64,000 bases of DNA from Lytechinus pictus (lineage: Eukaryota), in the NCBI RefSeq assembly GCF_037042905.1, contig NC_087245.1, positions 43,898,001-43,962,000 of the forward strand, written 5' to 3'. Positions 14,366 to 27,594 of the stretch are shown piece by piece. The position numbers and the translations under genes were made by a program. Position 1 is the stretch's first letter; the number at the start of each line of letters is the position of its first letter. Under the pieces are notes generated by a model. That model made no database searches. It was not told where the DNA came from and saw nothing but the letters and a program-made list of their open reading frames with translations.

Positions 14366-14780
14366 AGGCGACCGCACACCTAACGACTGTTCGCTATCCG
14401 ATTTTCGAACAAATCTAATTTTGCTCATTTTCTGAAAATGTGAATTGAACATATCATTTTATTTGAGGTTAAAATTAATTGAAAGAATACTAATATAACC
14501 ATTTTGAAAGATTACAAGCCTTTATTTTGGAGTAAAGGCCAAATTAGTTTCAAATCGTAGCCAATCGTACGACTGCTATGACGTCAGTACGACTAGATAT
14601 TAAATTCGCTTTTATTCTAAGAAGGATGATAGCATAGTCACAGATTTGAACATAGGTATTCGTACGATGATTTAGAACATTACACAGTAATATATTCCAA
14701 GTCTCAATATTAGCATCAAATTCTACTACAGTTTACTCTGAAATCGGGTCGCAGACCAATCGTAAGGTGTGCGGTCGCCT
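14366..14780. mobile_element. PIF/Harbinger-type MITE, TTA TSD
   Basis: TTA|AGGCGACCGCACACCT ... AGGTGTGCGGTCGCCT|TTA. A related copy lies at 55061-55400. Confidence 0.85.
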
Positions 14781-14846
14781 TTACACTCAGGCAAGTCAAA
14801 ATCAGTGAGTATCTATTCTCCCGTTTTGCAGGTAAGAGAAAGTAAA

Positions 14847-16250
14847 AGGACAAGTCCACCCCGACAAAAATTTGATTTGAAGAAAAAGAGAAAAATACAA
14901 GCATAACACTGAAAAATAAAAATAAATAAAATGTCAAAATCGGATGTAAAATAAAGTTTCGCTCCTTTCTCCAAAATGGTATGCACATCCTGCATATATG
15001 CACAAGCTGATAATTACTGTCAAATCTGTAAAAACGGAAATATTGCATCATTAAAACAATAATCACAAAAGAAATAGAGAGGGACATCATCCAACCTCTC
15101 ATTTGCATATCACTCGGGCCGATTCTGTTTAGTGTGTATATCACTCCTATCTCTGACATTATTAATAAACATGGTCTACAGTATATTTGTTATGCAGATG
15201 ATATGCAATTGTATTGTTCCTTTGAAAATATCAATGAAACACTTGAGAAATTAAACCTCTCTTTGTATTTCAGAAATAAGTATGTGGGTGTCATCTATAA
15301 GTCTCCAGCTGAATAATAGCAAAACTGAATTCATATAGCTCTCTATATTTTTCTTCCCGCCATCTGCAATCAATATCACATATCCAGCTTAATGTTAATG
15401 GTCAATGCATCCCCATCTCCACTTAACAATGCTAAAACTACTGTTCTTGGAGTGTGCGTTGATAACATGTTCACATTGTCTGCTCAAGTAAATCAGGTTG
15501 TCCGTAATTGTAATTATCATCTCAGCAATTTGTGGAGGATTCGCAGATTCATTGATCTTAAAACATGTCACCATGCTGTGCGAGCACTTATTCTTTCTCG
15601 GTTAGATTACTGCAATAGTTTATATACTGTTTTGTCAGCTACGGATAGAAGGAAACTCTATACAGTATATACATGTATCTACATGTATAATGAATGAAGC
15701 TCGTAAATGATAAATGTCTTAAAGAATTATAAGCTCGATTAATTTTTGGCTATGGATCCCGAACTCATACTACACCCCTACTAAAGGAACTCCACTGGCT
15801 ACCTCTATTCCAACGTATTCAGTTTAAAGTCTGTTTATATGTATACAAAACTCTAAATCAATTGGTAACTGAATATCTTAATAATACCATTAAAGTATAC
15901 ACACCCTCTCGTAATCTTGGAATGCCATCCCACTTCCAATAAGAAACGCTTCTAGTATTCTTGGCTTCAAATCTTCCCTTAAGACATACCCGTTTCCTCA
16001 ATAATTAATTCACATTTTTATCTTGAATATTATGGTTATTATTGCAAATGTTAATTTATTATGCATACATTGTACGCGCTATGGTACTTTTTGTTCTTAA
16101 TAATATCCATTATCATTATTATTATCACTGAGCTGAATTATATGTTTTATAACTCTCTTAACATCTGATTTTTCACAAAATTTCCAGCGTTGTGCTTGTT
16201 TGATCTTCTCTATTGATTCAAAGCGATTTTTTATGGGGTGGACTAGACCG
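14847..16250. mobile_element. Kolobok-like MITE interrupted by an L2 fragment
   Basis: AGGACAAGTCCACCCC left arm and GGGGTGGACTAGACCG|TTAA right arm bracket the LINE fragment. Confidence 0.55.
15110..16127 (+). mobile_element. Decayed L2/CR1-group LINE (RT domain and 3' end)
   Basis: GPILFSVYITP..YADDMQLY (RT catalytic motif) and LILSRLDYCNSLY. (ATT)n tail at ~16110-16127. Multiple stops and frameshifts. Confidence 0.85.
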
Positions 16251-16560
16251 TTAAGATTATGACTGCGGGATTTTGCATTTGTTTAAACAATTTAAGACAG
16301 ATCTGTCTCGATGGTCGGATAAGTACTAAATGAGATTGTATCATTCTATGACAATCCTGGAGTTATGATTCTCATTGCCCTCTTCTATATTGACTCTAAT
16401 CTACCCTCTGTGACACATCTGACATACATAATCAAGGACAAATCTTATGCAGGCTACATAATATTTTCATTTATTAAACTGACCCAAGCCTGCTCATCGT
16501 AATTGGACGAGAAGGTACATACGATTTGCTGCTATGGTGTAGCTTACTTCTACATGATCC

Positions 16561-16935
16561 TGGGGGCAGTTTCATAAGCTGTTCGTAAATTAAGAGTGAC
16601 TTTAAGAACGACTGGTGATCCTTTCTAATAATAAATGATATTCACCATTAAATGTTCACTGGTGATTATTTAGCGCGTAAGAAAGGATCACCAGTCGTTC
16701 TTAAAGTCGCTCTTACACTCTAAAAAAATACTGAGTATTTTTTTTTCCAATATTGGGTAGAAAGGGCACATGCATGTTTGCTTGGTATTTTTGATTGGGC
16801 CATTTCGTAACGTTTAGTTTTGCGTAAAGTTACAAAATATCTTTTTACCCAACCAACATGCATGTTCCCATTTTACCCAATATTGGGTAAACCTTTTTCA
16901 AGAGTGAAACTTGCCAACAGCTTTATGAAACACGA
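16561..16935. mobile_element. Palindromic MITE with a nested CACTCT-family MITE (16716-16906)
   Basis: Arms GTTTCATAAGCTGTT..AAGAGTGACTTTAAGAACGACTGGTGATCCTTTC and GAAAGGATCACCAGTCGTTCTTAAAGTCGCTCTT..AACAGCTTTATGAAAC. The right arm is split at a TA by CACTCT...AGAGTG. Confidence 0.75.
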
Positions 16936-17345
16936 TACTGGTTTCACTAAATAGGGAAATTTTGCTCTACGACGCGCAACGGATTCATAACATAGAAAAT
17001 GCACTGCCAAATGTCCTTCATGAAAATGAACAAATTTGTGAATCAGTTTTGTCCTGGACGCTAAACAGAATAATGATATTCATCCAAGTTTCGTCAACTT
17101 CGAAACTTTATTAGGACAAAACTTCTCTTCCAGTTCACCAATTTTCGTCATAGACCTCAATGTTGTATTTTGTCATTTGAAAGACATTATCAATACATTT
17201 GCTGTATTCTTGAATCCGCCGTGCGTCGCGTTGATAAAACTCACTACCTATAGATACACCGAAAAGTTACAATGTTTCCAATATGTAGTTAATTCAACAT
17301 TATCTCTCGTAAAACAAATGACCATCTTTCTCAACTTGAATAACC

Positions 17346-17764
17346 GCCCTTTCACACGGTAAAAAAAAATCGTAATTTGAATGATGATTCCCGTGGAAAA
17401 TAAGGCTAATGACGAATTGTTAACACGTGTGAAACCAAACTAGAATCACGAACGCTAATCACAATTACGAATTCAAATTACTCAAATTACGGTACGAATT
17501 GCACGTGTGAAAGGCTTGACACCCAAAACATCTCTTTTTTTTTGGGGGGGGGCGGAGCTTTCGTAGACAATAAGCACTTCCGTAGATAATACAATTGTCA
17601 TGCACTCATCGCAGTGCTTTGATTGGCAGGTCACCAAGGACACGTAGCACCTTCGCTCGGGAATTCGAATTCAAATCACAATTTTCGAGTGAGGTCCGAT
17701 GATTCTAAAGACGAATTGCAATCATCAACATAATGATGATTCGAGATTCACGTGTGAAAAGGCC
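17346..17764. mobile_element. MITE with GCC(C/T)TTTCACAC TIRs
   Basis: GCCCTTTCACACG ... CGTGTGAAAAGGC, with internal CACGTGTGAAA repeats. Confidence 0.55.
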
Positions 17765-19367
17765 AACAAAGTCCAACAGCCAGCCTGAAAACCCGTCTTT
17801 CTTCATAAAAACTTCATAAAAATATTGAAATTCAGGCACTATTTTAAACAAACAGAACTTTGTTATTCCTTGACCCTTTTCTGTGATAGAGGAATCAATT
17901 TAAAAAGCGGATATTGAACTTTTTAGAATTGTCATTTTTTTTAATTCAGTCAAGTGACTTTTTGGCATCCTTTCTTCAAATTGTTTTTACTCACTCATAA
18001 TAAGTGAATGACGAATCTTCTGAGGGGGGCACGGGGGGGGGTCCTTGCTTTTTCAGGGGGACAACAATTTTTTTTCTGTGCGTGTATGTGTCACAAGGGC
18101 GGATCCGACTTTCGCCAATAGGGGGTGGGGCCTGAAATTATCTTCACCTATATTTTCCCCGATCAGTCACTTCTTAGCTTTATTCTTATAAAACAACACA
18201 GATATGAAATAATCTCATAAGGGACCTGTAAAGGACTGTTTACAGCTACCCACGAATATGGTACATATTTCAATAAGTGGGAGCGCGAAGCGCGAGCGAC
18301 TTTTTTTTTCATCTTTCATGTATTTTGTCCTGAAAATTTAAAATCCTGGGCAATATTGATCCTGAATAAGATGCGTATGTAACTAGATAATTACTGCGAA
18401 CGCCAAGCGCGAGCAGAAATTTTCAATAAATGTTCTAACATGATCGGAAAGGGACCTGTAAAGGACAGTTTACAGCTACCCACGAATACGGTACATATTT
18501 CAATAATGGGAGCGCGAAGCGCGAGCAAAAACTTTTTGACATTCCGACCTAAAAATTGACATTCTAAGCATTTTTTGTAATCATAAATGGGAAAGGTATG
18601 TGACTAAGCAATTGATGCGATCGCGATTTTAGACTTAAAAGCGGGACACTCTATTCATATTTTGCAAATCATGAATATATGGTTAATTGGTTATCATTGA
18701 TAATGCGAGCGTGAAGCGCGAGCAGACAATTATTGATATTCTGATCTGAAACTGGATAATTTAAGCATATTTTAAATAAAGAACATACAGGCTATCTCAA
18801 TAAACGTGCGTGCGCATGTTTTAGAGTCAGACCTAGAATTTTGGCAGTATACATTTTTTTTCAATCATGAAGATCAATAATGCAAGCGAACTGAAAAAAA
18901 TTGATATTACGATCTATTTAAACACTATTTCAAGTACTGTAAAGGAAAATTGTGAAGTGAATGTGGATTACACCTAATGAATGATGCGAGCGCGAAGCGC
19001 AGGCTGTTATTTTTGCCTATTATTTTAACAAAGGACCAGGACATTCTAAGGACATTTTGTCATCGTATGAAAATGATGACTATGTACCTATTATTCCTAA
19101 GCCTATCGATATTCCATTCTGAAGTGACCCACTTAAGTTATTAGGAATTCATGAAAATGTTATTTTCTTATTTGTTAATCTAATATGCGTAATGACAGCG
19201 TGGAAGTTGTTTTTAAGGCTTGAAAACTAGAAATTTTAAGCATTTTGTAATTATGAATACGCATTACAATGGTTAATACATTTTTAACAATTAATGCGTG
19301 CGCTAATCGCGAGCTGAATTTTTGAAAAATGTAATGAAAAGGCCTGGGGTTTGTGTTTACCTCTATA

Positions 19368-21870
19368 CAGTGCGTATAAAAAAAAAACGGGACAGTTTTG
19401 AAGAGTCTATAAAAAAAAATTTTTGTCGGGGGTTCAAAAAAAGGCTCGCGCCAAACTGGCAGAAAAGAGAAATTTGATGATCAGACTTCTTGCTAATCAG
19501 CAGACTTCCTCTTAACCTTTTCATTATCTTTGCCGCGATTTTCGAATTATGCTGTCAAATTTAATTTACAAATTTATTTATTTACTTGAATTATTTTGTT
19601 TTTTCATTTAAACTTCTTTTACCTTTGAATTTTCCTTCATAAATAAGAAAAGAAGACTTTTTGTCAGCCCAAGCAAGAAGATTTGCATTATTAATTGCGA
19701 AAACTTGTAATTATTCAAATAATTTTATTATGTGAAATGAATTATGGTACCTTTAAAAACATGAATCCTTTTTTCAAGGGGTTATTGATTCCTTGACCAA
19801 GTTTTATTATGTGATTGACAGGACAAACAGGAAAGGATTAATGTCTTTCAATGGCAATGTTGTATTGAGTCAATTTTGAAGGAGCTAGATACAGCAGATG
19901 GGATAAAATGTATTAAAAAGTTGTGAGCGAGCGAAGCGAGCAAACAAAAATTCCCACTTTTTTCATTGAAATATCAAATTTTGTGATAGATTTTGACATA
20001 ATATTAAAAAAATGAATCATATTTCACTTTGTATCTTTCCTTTTATTTCCTTTCCACTTTTCTTCTTTTTTATTGAAGGGGGGGGGGGGGTGGCACCCCC
20101 GAGTCCCCACCCATCTGCATGCCACTGTTCAAAGGCACTATAACCTTTGCAGCACACAATGAAAGGATTTCAAAAACAAATTAACGCTTTCCCATAGCTT
20201 CGGTTGAAAAATATTTGTCTTGCTTAAAGAAGAAATATTCAAATCTAAAAGAGAACATATATTAAAAAGTAACAGCAACAAAACAATTCAAAAATAATGC
20301 AAAGGTAATGAAAAGGTTAAGAGGAAGTCTGCTGATTAGCAAGAAGTCTGATCATCATATTTTTCATGTTATGCCATTTTGGCGCAAGCTTCCTTTTTAA
20401 CCCCAGAAAAAAAACATTCCGTGTTCGTTCAAGCATGAACGAAACTATTTTTTTATAGCATTTGAAAGATAAGACTTTAGAGCTCCTTTTAACGCTAAAA
20501 TATAGACATCATAATTGAAAAAAAAAAATTATAGACTTTTCAAATCTGTCCCGTTTTTGTCTCCCCTGCATAGCAGAGTGAGACTATAGGCGCCGTTTTT
20601 CCGACGGCGGCGCGCCGCGGCGGCGTCAACACCAAATCTTAACCGAAGGTTAAGTTTTTGAAATGACAGCATAACTTAGAAAGTATATGGACCTAGTTCA
20701 TGAAACTTGGCCATAAGGTAATCAAGTATTACTAAACATCCTGCATGAGTTTCATGTCACATGACCAAAGTCAAAGGTCATTTAGGGTCAATGAACTTAG
20801 ACCATGTTGGGGGAATCAACATCAAAATCTTAACCGAAGGTTAAGTTTTAGAAATGACAGCATAACTTAGAAAGTATATGGACCTAGTTCATGAAACTTG
20901 GACATAAGGTTAATCAAGTATTACTGAACATCCTGCATGAGTTTCACGTCACATGACCAAGGTCAAAGGTCATTTAGGGTCAATGAACTTTGGCCAAATT
21001 GGGGGTATTTGTTGAATTACCATCATAACTTTGAAAGTATATTGGTCTAGTTCATAAAACTTGGACATAAGAGTAACCAAGTATCGCTGAACATCCTGTG
21101 CGCATTTCAGGTCACATGACCATGGTCAAAGGTCAATGAACTTTGGCCATAATGGGGGTATTTGTTGAATTACCATCATAACTTTGAAAGTTTATGGATC
21201 TGACTCATGAAACTTGGAAATTTAATTAATCAAGTACCACTGAACATCCTGTGCGAGTTTCAGGTCACATGATTAAGGTCAAAGGTCATGTAAGGTCAAT
21301 GAACTTTGGCCATGTTTTTTTTTTTATTACCATCATATCTCTGTAAGTGTATTGGTCTAGATCATAAAACGTGGACATAAGAGTAACCAAGTATCACTGA
21401 ACATCTTGTGCGAGTTTCAGGTCACATGACCAAGGTCAAAGGTCAATGGATATTGGCCATGTTGGGGGTATTTGTTGAATTACTATCATAACTCTGTAAG
21501 TATATTGGTCTAGTTCATAAAACTTGGACATAAGAGTCGTCAAGTATCACTAAATATCTCATGCGAGTTTCGTGTCACATGACCAAAGACAAAGGTCATT
21601 TAAGGTCATTGAACTTTGGCCATTTTAGAGGTAATTATTAGATTGCTGTCATAACTTATGTGAATATAGGGGTAATCAAGTATCATTGAAAAGTTTTAGG
21701 TCACATTATCAAGGTCAAATGTCAATGAACGTAGTATTGTATCATATGAATGGTGTTTTTTGTGAATAATTATTAAAAGGTTGTTTTTCAAAATCAGCAC
21801 TGCTGCTATATTGAATCGCGTGATGCAGGTGAGACCGCCAGAGGCATTCCACTTGTTTTTATACGCACTG
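19368..21870. mobile_element. Tc1/mariner-type MITE, TA TSD
   Basis: TA|CAGTGCGTATAAAAAAAAAACGGGACAG ... CTGTCCCG(T)n[insert](T)nATACGCACTG|TA. The empty site in copy 1 (~10590) has one TA fewer. Confidence 0.85.
20558..21857 (+). mobile_element. Helentron-associated non-autonomous element (HINE/DINE-1/Tsp-like) with internal 150-190 bp tandem array
   Basis: Inserted in a T-run with no TSD. 5' subTIR TGTCTCCCCTGCA with adjacent IR GCAGAGTGAGAC; (GGC)n microsatellite; about 7 GTCACATGACC-containing units; 3' subTIR TGCAGGTGAGAC (21824-21835); ends CACTTGTT. Confidence 0.8.
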
Positions 21871-22217
21871 TATAGAATTGATATAGAGTACTCACCAATC
21901 AAAATGCGAGCGTGCAGCGCTAATTTATAGGCCTACGTTTTGACAGTCACATCTGAAAATTGATATTTTTAGAACTTTCAGGCACCTGGAATACACGAAG
22001 ACGATAGGAACTTGGCAAATCAAATAATGCGACCACGCAGCGCGAGCTTAAAATGTTGATATGTAGATCATATAAACGGAAATTTTACAGAGTACACTTC
22101 ATTTGTAAATTGTAAATGGGAAAAAAATAATGAAAGCTCGATGTCTGAGCAGAAATATGTCTTGTATATTGACTTCAAAACTTGATATTTTAAGCTCCAT
22201 ATCAGCCTATTGAGCAA

Positions 22218-25118
22218 TTTTTTTTCTTTTATCCTCTTAATCGAGGTATTTATTCACAATAACATGTACATATATATATAATCAATAAAAAAAATCAATT
22301 CACTTCAATAATGCAATAATTTTTTGAATATCACATTTTTTCAAAATTCCGAACTTGCTTTTTTGTTTACATAAACTTTCTAAATAAACAATCATAGTAA
22401 GCTTGAATTCAATCCATAAAGAATTCGCATCATATCTTTTTCCTTTGAATATGCTTTTTATTTAATTTCAATAAATAACAAATTGAGCAATAACACAAAA
22501 TAAATTACACATAACATTGCCGGAACTTTGCAGATCATAACCTATGATTAATGTTTTTCATCTATAGAAATAGTAATCTTGAAAATATAAAATACCTACC
22601 TTTCTATAATTTTCCAAAAAAAATCGAATATATTCACAATACAGTATGAAATGAAAAGTGGTATCAACTTCTCCACAAATGTTACAGGAGTTGTTTTCTA
22701 CTACATACCACTTAAATAAATTTTCTCTTGAGGGTAAAATATTGTTCAAAAATTTAAAACTAAATTGTCTAATTCTGTTATCCACAATTAAATGCAACTT
22801 TAAAATAAAATACATGGTTCCAATTAAAGTAAACTGGTAATGAAAAAAGATTAGACCAAAAATATACACTGCCTGGTTCTTCCGATACCTCCGACATAAT
22901 AAATAATATATCTTTCCTGTTGGTAAATAATCTAGAGTTATTTGTTCTCTAATTTTTAATGAAATTAAGATTCGTTCACTTTTTTTTAGTTCGAGTAGAT
23001 AATTTTCCTTAAACAACTTACTCAACCAGTAAACAGGAAAATACTTTTTTAATTGAGCATATTTTGAATCAAATAAAAGCTGAGAACAATAGACAGATTT
23101 ATTCAAAATATTTGGTGCTAACCACTGACGATTTCTTATAACATCTTTAACCCTAATTATACCTGCATGCTTCCATTTCTCAAATACCAACATACGTTTC
23201 TTAAAAGTAATATTGCTGTTATTCCAAATGATTTTATTTTCAATGTTTTTTACTCCAAATATACCAATATATCTTAACTTAGACCAGCTACAAAACAAAT
23301 CATGGTAAAAACTAGGTATCTTTGCTTTTGTACAAAGAAAATTCATATCTTTTGTTGATATATTGTATTCAAAACATAAAGGAATTTTACCAATCTTTGA
23401 TAACCATTAATTAAAAAGAAATTTCCAACTACGTTCGCCTTGCTTTAACAACTTGCTTATCCACGAAATCTTAAGCGATTCAATTTTCAGTTCCAAGTGG
23501 ACCATACCAAGACCACCTTCGTTTGTTTTATTTATACAAACATTTGTTTTAACCTTTTCTTTTGAAGAATTCCAAATAAAAGTATATAACATTTTATTTA
23601 GAGATTTGATTACTTTCTTGGGAACTCTAATCACTTTTGCAGGATACACAATTTGAGACACCAACAAAGTTTTGATGATAATAATTTTTCCGAAAAATGT
23701 TAGATTTCTTAGTTTCCATACTCTAATAATATTTTGTATCTTATCTAGTTTATTTTGCCAATTACAGTCTTCAACATCTTTCTCATTTTTCCCAACATAT
23801 ATACCTAAATATTTTATCGGTTCTTCAGTACATTCTATTTGTCCAGGGACAATATCAATATTAAGCTTCAGCAGCTTGGTTTTTTGCAAATTAATCCTTG
23901 GCCCAGCATTTGAACCGAATAGTATTAATTCTTCCATCAAAATAGAAAGATAATTTTTATTTTTCATAAATATAGTTGTATCATCTGCAAATTGGGATAT
24001 TTGTACTTCTACTTGATCATCATTCATCTGCGAAATCGGTAAACTGGGACCTTCAATTTTATGATTCTGTTTAATTTTCGTCGCCAAAACTTCTGCAACA
24101 ATAATAAAAAGTAGTGATGAGAGGGGGCACCCCTGCCTTACACCTCTTTTAATTTGAAAAGTTTCAGAGATCCAGCCATGATTTAACACACGGTCTTTTG
24201 CGTTTTTATACATCGATTGAATCCACCGAATGAATGAATTTCCAAAATTTAATCTTTTTAAAAGGTAAAATAGAAAATTATGACTTATGTTGTCATAGGC
24301 TTTTTCAAAATCCCAAAACATAATTATGCCCCGATAATAATCAATTATATCTTGCACCAGACGTATATTTTCGGCTGAAGACCTTTCTCTAATAAAACCA
24401 CTTTGATCGGGAGATACAATGCTCGTTATTACATTTTGTAGTCGTTTGGCAAGAACTTGTGCAAGAATTTTGTAATCCACATTTAGGATTGATATTGGTC
24501 TCCAGTTATGAATGATGTTTTTATTTCCTTTTTTAAACAATAACGCCAACATGGCCATGTTTTGACTTGGAGACAATTGCTACTTTCTATGTCCTTCATT
24601 TAAACTGTTCATTAACATATCTTTTAGCTTGCTCCAAAAGCATTTATAAAACTCGATTGTGAGGCCGTCGCTACCTGGTGATTTATTATTCTGCATTCCT
24701 GACAGAGCCTCAGCACATTCCTTTTCGGTTATATCACCTTCACAACTCGATGCTTCATTTTCATTTAGGATTTGTATATTTGTATGAAAAATAAATATTT
24801 TTCGTACTCCAAATCACTAATACAATTAAGGTTTTTATATAAATCATCAAAATATTTACGTAATCTCTGTAATATTTTCACCTTATCAATGATGGTATTA
24901 CCGTTGTGTTCTAGGCAATCAACTTCTTTCTTTTTTCCGTTTCTTTTTTCAAGGCCAAGAAAGTACTTTGTTGATTTTTCACCTTCCTCCATCCACTTCT
25001 CTCTCGATCTATAAACTCCTTTACATTTATAATTATACAAATCATCGATATCTTTCCTTATTTTATTGATTTCTTCGACATTTCTATCATTAGGACTACT
25101 GTCCATTTCTTTGTTCAA
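22218..25118 (-). mobile_element. 5'-truncated L1/Tx1-clade LINE (ORF2 RT plus CCHC, disrupted), 6-bp TSD GAGCAA
   Basis: WRPISILNVDYKILA, GVRQGCPLSSLLF, QFADDTT and CNICGEVDTTFHFILYC. A-tail at 22218-22230 (minus strand). GAGCAA at 22212-22217 and 25119-25124, single in the empty site at ~10927. Confidence 0.92.
23407..24576 (-). pseudogene. LINE ORF2 reverse transcriptase domain (largest open segment)
   Basis: 389-aa ORF with non-LTR RT motifs, including FADD. Confidence 0.9.
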
Positions 25119-26034
25119 GAGCAAGATATGAATCTCATCGAACAGGCAACTCGAGCGCGAAGCGCGAGCGAAAAATTTATTTAGTAACATAAAAGATGTT
25201 TGTTTTTTGCAAGTCTTCCCCCAACATTATTTCATTCACTCGTCTTCCTCCTCTTATTTTTCTCTTCTTTATTTCCTTCTGTCTTTCCCCTTTTTTTTTT
25301 CTTTTCTTCTTTCTCCTTTTTTTTTGCTCCGCCAATTTTTTTTCAAGGTAGCACCTGGGGTGGGGGCACACCAAATGTCAGGGGGGCACGTGCCCCCGTA
25401 GCTACGCCACTGGTTAAGGGGGGTATTTAGAAGTAATTTGGTCACGCATGTGTACAGCAATACACTTGACTGCCCCTCTTCCCCCCCCCCCCTCCGGGTT
25501 ACTTCTGGAATGAGTTCTGGAGGTTTGGTTTTAGGACGTGGAGCTATTGAAAATTATTTTGTCCAAGATATAATAAAAAACCACGAAAAATAATACCCAC
25601 GCGTGAGTCCGAAAAAAAATAAAAAAATCAATGCAATTTAAGGGGGAAATATGCCATGAACAATATTTTTATGACCAGAAAAGGTATTTTCTCCTGAATA
25701 ATTTGAATCAATATTTATGTCATATTCTGTTTACACCTGGATATTCAGTATTGATATTCTTTGCTATGACGTAAATTTTGAATTGCGTCTAAAATAAGAC
25801 ATGACTGCAATATGAATCCAGATGCAAATTAAGTCATAATCCTATTAATCAAGAGTGGCGGATTGAAGTTTAAAAGTGGGGGGGGGGGGGCACTGGAAAA
25901 GGGGCACCTTTTCTTTTGAAAGGGGAACTATCTTTAAAAGAAAGAAAAAAATGGCTTACGAAGGATGGGGGGGGGGGGGGTAATGGTCTAAAGAATCCTA
26001 TAAAGGGATGAGAAATCTAATCAAATTTACCCTA

Positions 26035-26660
26035 CACACTAATTCCGGTGCAAATAGGGTGTACAATACGTGCCTACACCTCGCAATACCATCGAGTTTC
26101 AAGTTAGCTCATATGCGAGAGTCCGTGTCTACACCCATGTATTCTTTGCCTGCACCCACCAGTCTCGCTGATAGACGTATGGTATAGATAGTTGATTTGT
26201 GATCGAAGATTACCCGAAATAACAACGCACTAACGCCAAACTTTACCGAAGTGAAATTATTTTTAAACTATTTAATATTTATGTGATGATTATTGTTTTA
26301 AAAGCGCATTTGATTACGTGTACTTTTGGAGAAACAGTAAATAATAGCTACTTGAATCATAACTATCATCACAAGTATGAAAAAAAGAATCGGATCATGT
26401 CGCTAGTGACCTCTACCGGTCTCAGTGCTTCTCGCTGGCAAAGGTAACTAAAAAAAAAAACGATACAGAAAGTGAATGGACCGGAAGTCTCGACAATCTT
26501 TTTTTGGGTAGACGTATACGCCCTCTAAGGTGCAGATGGACACCCCAAATAGGGGTGCACACTGTATATTCGGGGTGTAGGTGTGCCCTAGGGGTACTCG
26601 TATAGGGACAAGCCTTTGCACCCCTAGGGGTGTAAAATTGAACCCGAATTTCTTAGTGTT
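26035..26660. mobile_element. MITE related to the 5237-5519 family (CACACTAA..TTAGTGT termini)
   Basis: TACACACTAA left end. GCACCCCTAGGGGTGTAAAATTGAACCC..TTCTTAGTGT right end. Confidence 0.5.
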
Positions 26661-26662
26661 TA

Positions 26663-26877
26663 CACTCTAAAAATACATCAGTCAAGAATAATTAATAGGG
26701 TCAGCTTGGTGCAACTGTTATTCTAGTCATATTTGACAAAATTCTAGTCGTATTTACTAGAACGGAGTTACTTCAGACTAGAATATATGTCAGAAATGAG
26801 ACTATCAGTGATTGTCAAAACATTTGCACCCAGCTGACTTCTTGTCTAGTCAATTTTACTGATTTATTTTAAGAGTG
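26663..26877. mobile_element. CACTCT-family palindromic MITE, TA TSD
   Basis: TA|CACTCTAAAAATA..TCAGT ... ACTGATTTATTTTAAGAGTG|TA. Confidence 0.8.
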
Positions 26878-27594
26878 TACTCTGCATTTTTCCCCAATGG
26901 CTTCTTTTCTGAATGTTGGTCTATCAACATATCAAAATCGTACAAGTAAAGACACCATCAGGCCTGAAAACTATCAGGATAAATGTGAATGTAAGGTGCA
27001 AGTAATGATATCAATACTGTTTATGGTAACAACTTTATGTTTGAAGATATAAAAAAATGTCTAGACATCCAAATCACCCTAAGAATTTGAACGAATTCAC
27101 CAAATATCAGTAACGAGATATTCTCAATATCAGTAGTATATTGAACACGCATGCGTTTTCCTCAGCGCAGCATTTTGTTTTGAATAGCGACAGCCTCGTA
27201 TTCCTCAAGATAATTATAAGTGAAATTCATCAATATCAAGTTTTCGAGAATCCTATACATGTAATAGGAACACATGTTCCAAAGGGAAAGTAAAGAAACT
27301 GGGCGCTCACCGAGCACGAAAATAATAGTTTTTAAGAACAACGTATAGTCGATATGAAGAACAGGCACTTATGAGAAGGCCAAAGGGCACTCGTTAACAC
27401 ATAAAACGAGTCTTTCTCGGGTAAAAGTGGCACAGAACACATTCGTGAGGTTACTTTTCTTTGGGTTAAAAAGGGCCGGCACTGGTACGAGAAAGGGCAC
27501 TTACAAGAAGGCAAGGGGGCACTTGCTCACACACAAAACGGGCCCTTCTCAGGTGAAATGGGCACAGAACACGTTCGTGGGGGCATTCTATAAG

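Larger units (their letters stand above)
18023..25412 (+). mobile_element. Non-autonomous hAT-like element, copy 2, expanded by nested insertions (left TIR lost)
   Basis: Segments 18023-19367, 21871-22217 and 25119-25412 align to copy 1. Ends TAGCTACGCCACTG. Confidence 0.85.

Noticed and set aside
9253..25412. Single 16-kb composite transposon from the left TIR of copy 1 to the right TIR of copy 2
   Set aside because: Flanks CATTAGGG and GTTAAGGG do not form a convincing TSD. Two separately truncated copies are the simpler explanation.
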